NCBI GenBank assembly: GCA_963708075.1
Contig: OY970194.1
Location: forward strand, 701,862-765,861
DNA: 64,000 nt
Origin: Sedimentisphaerales bacterium
GTDB taxonomy: Bacteria > Planctomycetota > Phycisphaerae > Sedimentisphaerales > Anaerobacaceae
Direction of reading: 5' to 3'
Shown: positions 10,174-18,637 of the stretch, piece by piece
Layout of the letters: every line of letters begins with the position of its first letter
How positions within the stretch are numbered: position 1 is the first letter of the stretch
Made by a program: the position numbers and the translations under genes
Notes under the pieces: model-generated
The model's database searches: none
The model's input: the letters and a program-made list of their open reading frames with translations, nothing else
Told to the model about the DNA's origin: nothing

Positions 10174-13154
10174 ATGATGTTCACCCCAAGGATGCTCGTG
10201 TGCAGCGTGCTCTCTCTCTTCTGTCTTGAGACTACCATCTTCGCCGGCAGTGCGGCCACACGCACAGCGGACCCTGCTGAGAGCGGCGGTCCCACGCGTG
10301 CCTTGGGTTTCTACAAACCCGGCCAGCCGGTCCCGCTTGAGGAAGGTTTTCGCGATCCCCCGGCGATCTCTCGCGTCCAGTGCTGGTGGCAGCCGCCCGG
10401 CAGCCCATTTACCAAGGACGAGATTACCCGTGAACTCGAGGAGTTCAAGGCGAAGGGCATGGGAGGAGTGACTATCAAGGACACGGGCGAGATGCCTCGC
10501 GATGAGCGTACGGTCCACATCAAGGACATTCCGTTCATGAGCGAACAGTGGCTGGACATGTTCGCGCATATTGTGGCCGAGTGCGGGCGTCTTGAGTTGA
10601 TCTGCCGCAGCCGGTCGAGCAGCGGATGGAACGAGGGGGGGCCGTGGATTCCACCCGAAATGTCCATCAAGACACTGGTCTTCGCCAAGTCGCAGCCGCT
10701 TCAGGGGCCGACAACGTACTCAGGACCGATTCCCCGCGAAGTCCCGGAAGCACGAAAAGCCGTCGCCCGGGCTGAGACGCCACAGGTGCCCAGTCCGACG
10801 ACCGAGCAGTTCAAAAGCGGGCAGGCCTTTGTGCTCGCCGTGTGCGAGGACGACCAGCGCGTGGTCGATCTGACCGCGAAAGTGTCGGAGACCGGCACGC
10901 TCGTGTGGAGTGTCCCGAGCGGCCGATGGAGTCTGCTGTCGTGCTATGGAAAGCCCACCGGCAAAAAGCTTGTGTCAACCAGTGTGAGCGGTGGCGGCCT
11001 GCATGCCGATAACCTCAGTGCCGCCGCGGCCGACCTTCACATCCGGGAATTCATGGAGCGGATGCGGACGAGGGTCGGCGGATTTGAGAACACGGCCTTC
11101 GATGGCTTCAACAGCGACGGCTTCGAGCTGGGCCTTCCCACCTGGACGCCGGGACTACGGCAGTTCTTCATGCAGCGGTGCGGCTACGACCCGGTTCCGT
11201 TCTTTCCTCTGCTGGCCGGCTACGATCTTGGCCAGGCCGGCCAGCGGTTCCTCTACGATTTCAGGACCACTGTCGGGGACCTCATTGTCGCGAACCACTA
11301 CAGTCACTATAGTGCCTGGTGCCGGGAGCACGGCGTCGCTTTCGATGCGCAGTGTGTCGGCGGACCAAGCCATCGGCATACGCACGATTTCCTCACCGCC
11401 TGCGGCGCCGTGGATATCCCGATGGGCGAGACCTGGATTCACGGCGCGCATATGTCAAGATGGCCTCTTCCGCAGCTCATACGTATGGCAAGCGGCTGGT
11501 CGGCCTTGAATACGGGACGCAGAAAGCCTGGTTTTACGCTCCCACGCCAGCCCTGCTGAGAATGCGGGCTGATGAATCGTTCTTGCTCGGCGCCAACTAC
11601 TTGTGCCTTCCTTGTGTAGATTATACGCCTCCCGAGGCCGGGTATCCCGGATGGGTCCATTCTCAGCCCGACCGCTTGGGCCTGGGCCAGACGTGGTGGC
11701 CGCTCTCTCGCCCACTGTTCGATTACCTCGCCCGTTGTTGTTTCCTGCTGCAGTCGGGAAAGCCTGTGGCCAGTGTCGCTGTATACAACAGTTTTCATAG
11801 CCGGGCGAACATGGTCTGGCTGTCTCCCGACGACGACAAGCTCTCCAGCCTTCCGAGGCAATATGATTTCGACTACGTCAGCGATGACCTCCTTGTGAAC
11901 CACATGCGCGTCGAGGACGGTCGGATCATGCTGCCCTCGGGCGCAACGTACGAAATCCTGTACATTCCTCCTGCCGCCGTCTACTCGGGCGGCATGGGGC
12001 CCCGGCCCACGGCTTTCACAGAGCCGCGCGTCGATATGCCGCTGGAGAGTCTGCTGAAGATCCGCGACATGGTTCGCCAAGGCGCGACGGTGGTCTGGGC
12101 GGGTGAGTTGCCGAAGCGATCTCCGAGCCTGAAGGGACAACCTGATGCCGATATGAATTATGAAGCTGCGATCAGGGAGTTGCAGGCGGACCGGCGGCTG
12201 ACGAGGCTGCCGGAGCACAACTGGAATGCACTTGTTCCGATGCTCGCCAAGAGCGCCCAACCGCCCGCGTGGCAACTCTCCGGGGATGTGCCGCTGCGGT
12301 TCGTTCATCGGCGTCTGCCGAACGCGGACCTCTTCTTCATCACTCATCGGGGAGTGCAGGATAGCTACAAGGATATGACCGACCTGCTATGGGCGAGGAA
12401 GATGGACAGCGGGGCCATCGTGCATCAGCTCTTCGCGGAGACACGTCCAGTCGAGACTTCCGTCACGTTCCGTATCAAGGGGCGCCGGCCGGAGTTCTGG
12501 TGGGCTGAATCCGGGCGGATCGAGCCGGCTCCCTGGCAGGAGACCCCCGAAGGAGTATCGGTAACGGTCAAACTGGAGCCCTATGCGTCGGTCTTCGTCG
12601 TCTTTCGCGATGCTGCGAGCAATGAGCGGCAGGCGAAGAGTGACAAGCGACAAGCGGCGGGTAACGGACAGACCATCGAAGGGCCGTGGGAGTTGAGATT
12701 CCCGGCGGGCTGGAAGACGCCTGAAAAGGTCACTCTTTCGAGCCTGAAGTCCTGGACGGAAATGGAGGACATCGAGGTCCGGCACTTCAACGGCATCGCT
12801 GCATACAGCACGACGTTCACTGTCGCTCAGGACGCCCGCGAAGGAAAGAAGGCGGAGCTGGATTTGGGCCGGGTGGCGGATATCTGTGAGGTGTGGCTCA
12901 ATGGGCAGCGTGTGGGGATCGCCTGGCAGGCCCCGTACCGCGTGGACATCACTGACGTGTTGCGCTCCGGTGAGAACCGCCTGGAAGTGCGGGTGACGGC
13001 TACATGGCACAATCGTCTCGTTCGTGATGCAGCCCTGCCGAAAGCCGAACGGGTGAGCCGCATGTACCCTGAGGCTCACTACGCCAGATTCAAGGGCCGT
13101 AGTCTCATCGAATCCGGCCTCCTGGGCCCTGTGCGGCTCGTTTTGGGCCCGTGA
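10174..13154 (+). pseudogene. GH106-like glycoside hydrolase (jelly-roll / GH2-type sugar-binding C-terminus) interrupted by a frameshift near 11440-11460
   Basis: ORF 10075..11559 ends ...IPMGETWIHGAHM. Homology continues in ORF 11319..13154 as YVKMASSAAHTYGKRLVGLE.... The C-terminus reads FNGIAAYSTTF...CEVWLNGQRVG...GENRLEVRV. Confidence 0.6.
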
Positions 13155-13419
13155 GTTGCAGGCTCACCCCTTGAGAAGTGCGTACGCTGTGAATCCGTCC
13201 GACAATCTGCCGCCCCGCGGCGGATTGGCCGTACCCGGCAGACCACGCTTGCAGGTTTGATCCGCTCTGACGTCCGCACCACAATTCGCTCTCCAATGCT
13301 ACGCGCGAGGCGGGCTTTCTCTTGGCCTACTGTGGAAACAGCCTGCCGCCGCCCGAATGAACTCGTGAAACTCGCGAGGCTCAGGGGGAGTTGTCCCGCA
13401 GTCATCAGGATTGACAGTC

Positions 13420-13449
13420 TTGACTCACGCGAGAAGAGGTCGATAGAAT
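13420..13449 (+). promoter_or_regulatory. Sigma-70-like promoter (TTGACT, 18-nt spacer, TAGAAT) for the Mo-related operon
   Basis: Hexamers read directly. About 150 nt upstream of the ATG at 13606. Confidence 0.4.
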
Positions 13450-13556
13450 GAAGGTCTTGTTGGGCATTCCGGAGATGACGCCCGACAAGACGCAACAGGT
13501 CGTGAAGTCCTACAAGATGTAGCTCAGAATGTAAAAGGCATGTTGCCTGTAAAGAC

Positions 13557-13580
13557 CGTTATGTCGGACCCGACATAACG
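13557..13580. promoter_or_regulatory. 11+2+11 perfect inverted repeat CGTTATGTCGG-AC-CCGACATAACG; ModE-operator-like
   Basis: Read directly. Sits 26 nt upstream of the ATG at 13606, and the operon encodes a ModE-type wHTH. Confidence 0.5.
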
Positions 13581-13605
13581 CTGGTGAAATAGTGAAGGAG
13601 TATCG

Positions 13606-13797
13606 ATGAAGTCGCAAGAGGAGTTGACCAAGGCGGTTCTCGAACGGTCCGGAGAGGTGAACGGTCGCCGGACCTTGACGTGCGCCCAGGCCCTGAGCCT
13701 TGCGGCCGAGCTCGGTGTGAAGCCGGTCGAGATTGGCCGCATCTGTAATCAGGAGAATGTCCGCTTGGGCAGTTGCCAATTAGGTTGTTTCTCGTAG
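13606..13797 (+). CDS. Small (63 aa) conserved-looking protein ending in CQLGCF; function unknown
   Basis: GAAGGAG RBS at 13594-13600 then ATG at 13606. Its stop overlaps the RBS (TAGGAGG) of the next gene. Confidence 0.5.
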   Translation: MKSQEELTKAVLERSGEVNGRRTLTCAQALSLAAELGVKPVEIGRICNQENVRLGSCQLGCFS

Positions 13798-13813
13798 GAG
13801 GCACACGAGGGCG

Positions 13814-14965
13814 GTGGAGAAGCTCAAACCAAGGTTCAAGCTGTGGCTGGATAGCGAAGACGTCCACGGCGTGTTCGGGGGCGGCAAATGCCGGCTGCTC
13901 GAAAGCATTGAGAAGACCGGCTCGCTACGTGCCACTAGCGATGCGCTGCACATCAGCTATCGCAAGGCGTGGGGTGATCTGAAGAAAGCTCAAGCTGCCC
14001 TGGGCATCGTTCTGATCGAGCAGCACCGCGGCGGTCGCCAGGGCGGCCGGACCGTGCTCACCGAGCAAGGGAAGCAGTGGGTCCAGGCCTACAGCCGGTT
14101 TCACCGAGACGTCGAGGCCGCGGTGCAGACGTCCTTCGAAAGATTCTCCCGGGAAGTTGCATCCCGGCGAGGCTTCAGTCTGATCGAGCTGCTTGTTGTC
14201 ATCTCAATCGTGGCCCTGCTCATGGCTCTCACTTTGCCGGCAATGGGGCGTGCACGGGCACTGGCAAGGCAGGCCGTCTGTCAGAACCGGCTGCACCAGT
14301 GGGGTTTGGCCTTCGCCGCGTACGCCGCAGAGAACTCCGGATACTACCCGCACGCCGATGGCAGGGACCGTTCCGGGGATGAAGAGCCTTTCACCCGCGA
14401 GGGGATCGCGGACTACTGGTTCGGATGGGTGGATGTCCTGGCGCCTCTGGTGGACGAGAAGCCCTGGCGCGAGCATACCCGAGGTGCCTATCCGGGCGTC
14501 AAGACCGTATTTCAATGTCCCTCTGCGGCGCTGGCGCCCGAGTCGCTGTACTCGTACAAACCGTTGCGGAACGGGTTCTTCTCGTATGCCATGAATTCCT
14601 GTCTGGAATTGGATGCCAACTGCTGGGCCCCTTATGGTCAGACGGGCGGCAACAACATGCCCAGCTTCCTGGATACGGCACGGATCAGGACGCCCGGGCG
14701 CGTGATCCTGCTCTTCGATCAGTTGCTGGACTCCTCGAAGGGATACGGCGGCAATGAAATCAACCGTTCGGCGGGCCGCCACTGTGGAAGTTACCCCAAG
14801 GCCTTCAGCGCCCACCACGCCAAGCCGGGGGGAACGCTCGGCGGCTTCATTCTCTATTGCGACTACCACGTTGGGTGGAAACAAACAGTCTGGAAAGCCG
14901 AGTGGCCGGCGACCCCCGATTTCGAGGCGCCGCCCCGGGACGATCCGGACTGGTATCCCTACTAA
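13814..14965 (+). CDS. Fusion protein: ModE-type N-terminal winged-helix DNA-binding domain plus prepilin cleavage/methylation motif plus HX9DG/DUF1559-like domain
   Basis: Residues 1-112 ([30 protein letters not shown]...[16 protein letters not shown]) parallel the E. coli ModE N-domain. Residues 117-140 are RRG|[19 protein letters not shown]. The ORF is one continuous 383 codons. Confidence 0.75.
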   Translation: MEKLKPRFKLWLDSEDVHGVFGGGKCRLLESIEKTGSLRATSDALHISYRKAWGDLKKAQAALGIVLIEQHRGGRQGGRTVLTEQGKQWVQAYSRFHRDVEAAVQTSFERFSREVASRRGFSLIELLVVISIVALLMALTLPAMGRARALARQAVCQNRLHQWGLAFAAYAAENSGYYPHADGRDRSGDEEPFTREGIADYWFGWVDVLAPLVDEKPWREHTRGAYPGVKTVFQCPSAALAPESLYSYKPLRNGFFSYAMNSCLELDANCWAPYGQTGGNNMPSFLDTARIRTPGRVILLFDQLLDSSKGYGGNEINRSAGRHCGSYPKAFSAHHAKPGGTLGGFILYCDYHVGWKQTVWKAEWPATPDFEAPPRDDPDWYPY

Positions 14966-14971
14966 GAATGT

Positions 14972-14999
14972 ACGATTTATGATTTACGATTTACGATTT
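14972..14999 (+). repeat. Tandem heptad repeat (ACGATTT ATGATTT ACGATTT ACGATTT), AT-rich, directly 5' of an RBS
   Basis: Read directly. Ends at the GGAGGA RBS of the gene starting at 15014. Confidence 0.85.
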
Positions 15000-15013
15000 G
15001 GAGGATCAGAGAG

Positions 15014-16045
15014 ATGGTGCACAAGAACAAGACTTGTATGAAGGTCGTCGTTTCGGCTGTTTGCATCGCGTGTGTACTTCCGTGCCTCGCGCAAGGTGGC
15101 GTTCTGACCATTCCTGAGATTCAGTACACCGAGTCGCCTGACGGGGCCAGCCTTTACAGCGGAAAGACCGTCGATTGCCTCGGGGGCATCGTAATCGCCA
15201 AGGTGGCCGGCGGACGCCCCCGGCTGTTCCTGCAGGATCCCAACGCCCTCGACGGCTGGGGCGCCATCCAGATCAAGGGTTGGGTCAGTGACGCCTTCGC
15301 CAGTGTGAGCGTCGGGGACTGGGTCGAGATCCGGCAGACCTTCGTCGAGGAGTTTCGCGGGACGACGTTCCTGCAGTACTGGGACAAGAATCCCGACGGT
15401 TCCCAGCCGGTGCTGACGGTCGTGAGTCATGGCCATAACCTCCCCCAGCCGCTCGTTGTAGACGTGAATGAAATCAAAGCGCCCGAGTACCTGCTCACGG
15501 AAGATGCCTGGTCCGTGGCCAATCACCGGGCGGAGAGACTCGAGTCCATGCTCGTGCAGATTCGAAACGTGGTCGTGGTCGAGCAGGGCATGGGCAAGGC
15601 GCAGGACAACTACGAGCTCCAGTTGTTTCGCGAGCCGAACGATATGGGCGCCCTTTGCTGGGCGAGCGACTATGCGAACAAGGATCGAAAGAAACCCGAT
15701 CTGTACCTGCCTGGGGTTGAGACGGGCCGGCGCTTTCGAGCAGTGACCGGCGTGCTCGAGCAATACACGAACCTGGGCGAGGGCTTCGATTACTATCAGC
15801 TCCTGACGTTGAGCGAAACGAGCCTGGTGGGGCTTTGCCCGGCAGACCTGGATGAGGACGGCGACGTCGATCTTTGGGATTCCAAGCTGTTCATCGAGCA
15901 ATTGCTCTCGCCGTCTTTGCCCTTGGCAGGCGATCTGAACCATGATGGAAAGGTGGATTCAATTGATCTCGATCTGTTCAATGCGGCGTGGCAGCAGGCC
16001 GATGTGAACGGCGATGGTATCGTAGATGGCGATGACCTCGATTGA
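15014..16045 (+). CDS. Secreted protein with an OB-fold-like N-terminal domain and C-terminal dockerin/EF-hand-like repeats
   Basis: Signal peptide ...VVVSAVCIACVLPCLAQG. The C-terminus has DLDEDGDVDLWD, GDLNHDGKVDSIDL and DVNGDGIVDGDD. Confidence 0.65.
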   Translation: MVHKNKTCMKVVVSAVCIACVLPCLAQGGVLTIPEIQYTESPDGASLYSGKTVDCLGGIVIAKVAGGRPRLFLQDPNALDGWGAIQIKGWVSDAFASVSVGDWVEIRQTFVEEFRGTTFLQYWDKNPDGSQPVLTVVSHGHNLPQPLVVDVNEIKAPEYLLTEDAWSVANHRAERLESMLVQIRNVVVVEQGMGKAQDNYELQLFREPNDMGALCWASDYANKDRKKPDLYLPGVETGRRFRAVTGVLEQYTNLGEGFDYYQLLTLSETSLVGLCPADLDEDGDVDLWDSKLFIEQLLSPSLPLAGDLNHDGKVDSIDLDLFNAAWQQADVNGDGIVDGDDLD

Positions 16046-16126
16046 TGACGGATGATGGATTATTGATGATTGGCAGACACGCTGGGACACGCCTTTTCAA
16101 TCATCCATCATCAATAATCAATCATC
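16044..16126. repeat. Inverted pair of heptad arrays (GATGACG GATGATG GATTATT GATGATT ... AATCATC CATCATC AATAATC AATCATC) flanking a 27-nt GC-rich core
   Basis: Read directly. Lies between the stop at 16045 and the RBS/GTG at 16149. Confidence 0.75.
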
Positions 16127-16148
16127 AAGGATCTTAAGGAGACCGAAC

Positions 16149-16784
16149 GTGAAAAGAGAGTACATTCTGGGAGTGTTGTTCTTCGGCGGCGTGTGGGGTA
16201 TATCGGAAGCGGTGTTGGGGGGTGCTCTCTATGCCTCGCATGTGCCCTACGCATCCGTGCCGCTGACGGTCGTAGGCCTGGCGGTCCTGACCGTTGCGAG
16301 ATCGTATTTCCCGCGGAGAGGCACACCCACGCTTGTCGCGGCCTGTGCCATGCTCTACAAATTCCTGAACTCACCATTCTTCGGGTGTCATTTGGTGGGA
16401 ATCCTCATTACCGGGGCCTGCTACGACCTCGTGTTCGACGTGCTGAAGATCAGACTGAAGTCCCTTGCGGCGGCGGCGACAGTGTACCTCAGCTATGCGG
16501 CATTCGCTCTGATGATCACCTACGTGTTCCGGTACGACCACTGGGTACAAGGTGGGATCGCCAACGTGCTCCGGCACACCTTCATCGGAGGCAGCATGGC
16601 TGCGTTGGCTTGTGCCTGCATCGTCCCCCTGAGTGCAGCGGCCGGCGAGAGACTCAAGGCGTATTCCACCACGCCCTTCGGGCTGCTCCGACCCTCGATC
16701 CCCGGCGGAATCTCTGCCGTGACCCTCGGGTTATGGGCGTTTGCCGTGGCCACGTGCCTGCTGAGCAACCCCTCCATCCGATAG
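16149..16784 (+). CDS. Polytopic membrane protein (about 6 TM), unknown function
   Basis: AAGGAG RBS then GTG at 16149. Hydrophobic throughout. The next gene's start codon abuts its stop. Confidence 0.6.
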   Translation: MKREYILGVLFFGGVWGISEAVLGGALYASHVPYASVPLTVVGLAVLTVARSYFPRRGTPTLVAACAMLYKFLNSPFFGCHLVGILITGACYDLVFDVLKIRLKSLAAAATVYLSYAAFALMITYVFRYDHWVQGGIANVLRHTFIGGSMAALACACIVPLSAAAGERLKAYSTTPFGLLRPSIPGGISAVTLGLWAFAVATCLLSNPSIR

Positions 16785-17333
16785 GTGTTCCACATGATGC
16801 TTTTCCTGTGGACGGGGCCGAGGCACTGCGGCAAGACAACCGGGGCTGCGAGGCTTGCCCGTATGGCGGGGCAGTGTGGCTTCCGTGTGGCCGGACTTCT
16901 TGCACCTTCAGTCTACCGGGACGGACATCTTGTCGGATTCGATGCACTGGACTTGGCTAGTGAAGCCCGAGCCCCACTGGCCGTGCGCCGGGATGATCCG
17001 GGCGACGTCGGGTCGTTCCACTTCGTTGAAGAGGGACTGATACTCGGCAGTCATGCACTTGATGTGGCCGCGACCGAAGGGGTGGACCTTGTCGTCGTCG
17101 ATGAGTTCGGTCCGCTGGAGCTTGCATCCCGGGGCTGGCGCCGAGCTGTGGATTCGCTCGTCTACGCCGGCAGGACGCCGCTTCTCATCGTTGTTCGCCG
17201 GGAGCTGGCCGGCGCAGTCCAGGAGGTATACGCAGATGTCCCCAGCAGAGTCCTTGATGCCACTGCCCCTGAATCTGCTCATGAGGTAATTTGTATGCTG
17301 AGAGATAATCGAGCCGCAGGAGAGACAGGGTGA
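16785..17333 (+). CDS. P-loop NTPase, DUF2478/THEP1-like
   Basis: Walker A in LFLWTGPRHCGKTT and Walker B in DLVVVDEFGPLE. The start could instead be ATG 16794 or 16797. Confidence 0.6.
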   Translation: MFHMMLFLWTGPRHCGKTTGAARLARMAGQCGFRVAGLLAPSVYRDGHLVGFDALDLASEARAPLAVRRDDPGDVGSFHFVEEGLILGSHALDVAATEGVDLVVVDEFGPLELASRGWRRAVDSLVYAGRTPLLIVVRRELAGAVQEVYADVPSRVLDATAPESAHEVICMLRDNRAAGETG

Positions 17334-18469
17334 TTCGGCTTGAGAACATGCTGATGATCGGCTCCTCCGGATCCAATGTCGGCAAGACCGAGCTGGCGTG
17401 TACGCTGCTCCGACGACTTGGTGGCAATCACCGGATCGTTGGTGTCAAAGTGACTGCCATCGAGGCCACAGATGGGTCGTGTCCCCGAGGAGGGCAGGGC
17501 TGCGGCGTCTGCTCCTCGATGGATGCGGAGTATCGGATAACAGAAGAAACGGATCGCCATGTTGGCAAAGACACCGCGAGGCTTCTGGCGACGGGCGCCG
17601 ACAAGGTATACTGGCTCCGCGTCATGCGGACACATCTGTGCCAAGGCTTGAGCGCCCTGCTCGAAGCCGTGGGTCGTGACACGGTTCTGATCTGTGAATC
17701 GAACTCATTGCGGCAGGTAGTGGAACCGGGGCTCTTTCTCATTGTCGATCGCACGGATCGCAGGTCCTGGAAGCCCTCTGCACAACAGGTAAGACAGCAC
17801 GCCGATAAGATCGTGCTCTCTGACGGCAGTCGTTTCCATCTCGACCTCGGACGCATTCAGCTCGCGGGGCCCCGATGGCTGCTGACGGAGGACGCGACCG
17901 CCATCGTGCTGGCCGGAGGACACAGCCGACGAATGGGCGCAGACAAGAGCATGCTCCCGATCAATGGCCGACCGATGATCGAGCATATCTGCCGGCAACT
18001 CCGCGGCACATTTGCCAGGGTGCTCATCAGCGCCAATGACACGGAGAAGTTCTCCTTCCTCGGCCTGGAGGTCATTCCTGACAGGATACCCGACCAGGGG
18101 CCGCTGATGGCGGTCGCCTCGGCCCTGGAAGCCTCCAGCACCGAGTTCAACCTAGTCGTAGGCTGTGACATTCCGCGGATCCGATTGCCCGTCGTCAGAC
18201 GAATGCTCGCCGAAGCCGCCGAAGCCGACGCAGTCATTCCGGTAACCGAGGATGGGAAGGAGCAACCTTTGTTTGCCGTCTACCGCAGGAGCATTCGCCG
18301 GGCCATGAATGAGGTCCTCGAATTGGGCGGCCGGCGACTCAGTCAGATCTACGATTCCTGCAAGGTGCGTTTCATGGCTCTCGATGATCAGAACTGGTTC
18401 GCAAACCTGAACACGATGGCCGACTATGAGCGATTCCGGAGCGGATACAATGCTCGCAAGCCCTTATAG
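17330..18469 (+). CDS. mobA: Molybdenum cofactor guanylyltransferase MobA fused to an N-terminal P-loop (GSSGSNVGKT) domain
   Basis: The C-terminal half (AIVLAGGHSRRMGADKSMLPINGRPMIEH...LVVGCDIP) is MobA-like. The N-terminal 175 aa carry a deviant Walker A. GTGA overlap with the upstream gene. Confidence 0.75.
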   Translation: MIRLENMLMIGSSGSNVGKTELACTLLRRLGGNHRIVGVKVTAIEATDGSCPRGGQGCGVCSSMDAEYRITEETDRHVGKDTARLLATGADKVYWLRVMRTHLCQGLSALLEAVGRDTVLICESNSLRQVVEPGLFLIVDRTDRRSWKPSAQQVRQHADKIVLSDGSRFHLDLGRIQLAGPRWLLTEDATAIVLAGGHSRRMGADKSMLPINGRPMIEHICRQLRGTFARVLISANDTEKFSFLGLEVIPDRIPDQGPLMAVASALEASSTEFNLVVGCDIPRIRLPVVRRMLAEAAEADAVIPVTEDGKEQPLFAVYRRSIRRAMNEVLELGGRRLSQIYDSCKVRFMALDDQNWFANLNTMADYERFRSGYNARKPL

Positions 18470-18479
18470 GGCAATGACT

Positions 18480-18550
18480 TGGAGACGAAGGGAATCGAAC
18501 CCTCATTCCGGCATTGCGAACGCCGTGTGCTCCCGTTACACCACGTCCCC
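18480..18550 (-). tRNA. tRNA-Ala (anticodon CGC), no encoded CCA
   Basis: Cloverleaf folded by hand: acceptor GGGGACG/CGTCTCC with G3:U70, anticodon loop TTCGCAA, T-loop GGGTTCGATTCCC. Confidence 0.9.
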
Positions 18551-18569
18551 AGGAACCACTTTCACCCGT

Positions 18570-18597
18570 ATTTTAAGGCTTGCCGACGCAAAGTCAA
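18570..18597 (-). promoter_or_regulatory. Sigma-70-like promoter for tRNA-Ala (TTGACT, 16-nt spacer, TAAAAT)
   Basis: Hexamers read on the minus strand. The -10 ends 19 nt before the tRNA 5' end. Confidence 0.45.
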
Positions 18598-18637
18598 CGG
18601 TCATTCAAATTCTTCTGCGGAAATCACTCAGGGTCTC

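Noticed and set aside
13448-13522. 24-codon ORF (MKVLLGIPEMTPDKTQQVVKSYKM) in the Mo-operon leader as a leader peptide
   Set aside because: Its ATG overlaps the predicted -10 hexamer, so it would probably not be on the transcript. It has no RBS and no regulatory codon bias.
14972-16126. Heptad repeat arrays as a CRISPR array or other spacer-containing repeat
   Set aside because: The units are only 7 nt and directly tandem without spacers, and no cas genes are present. I treated them as simple-sequence or regulatory repeats.
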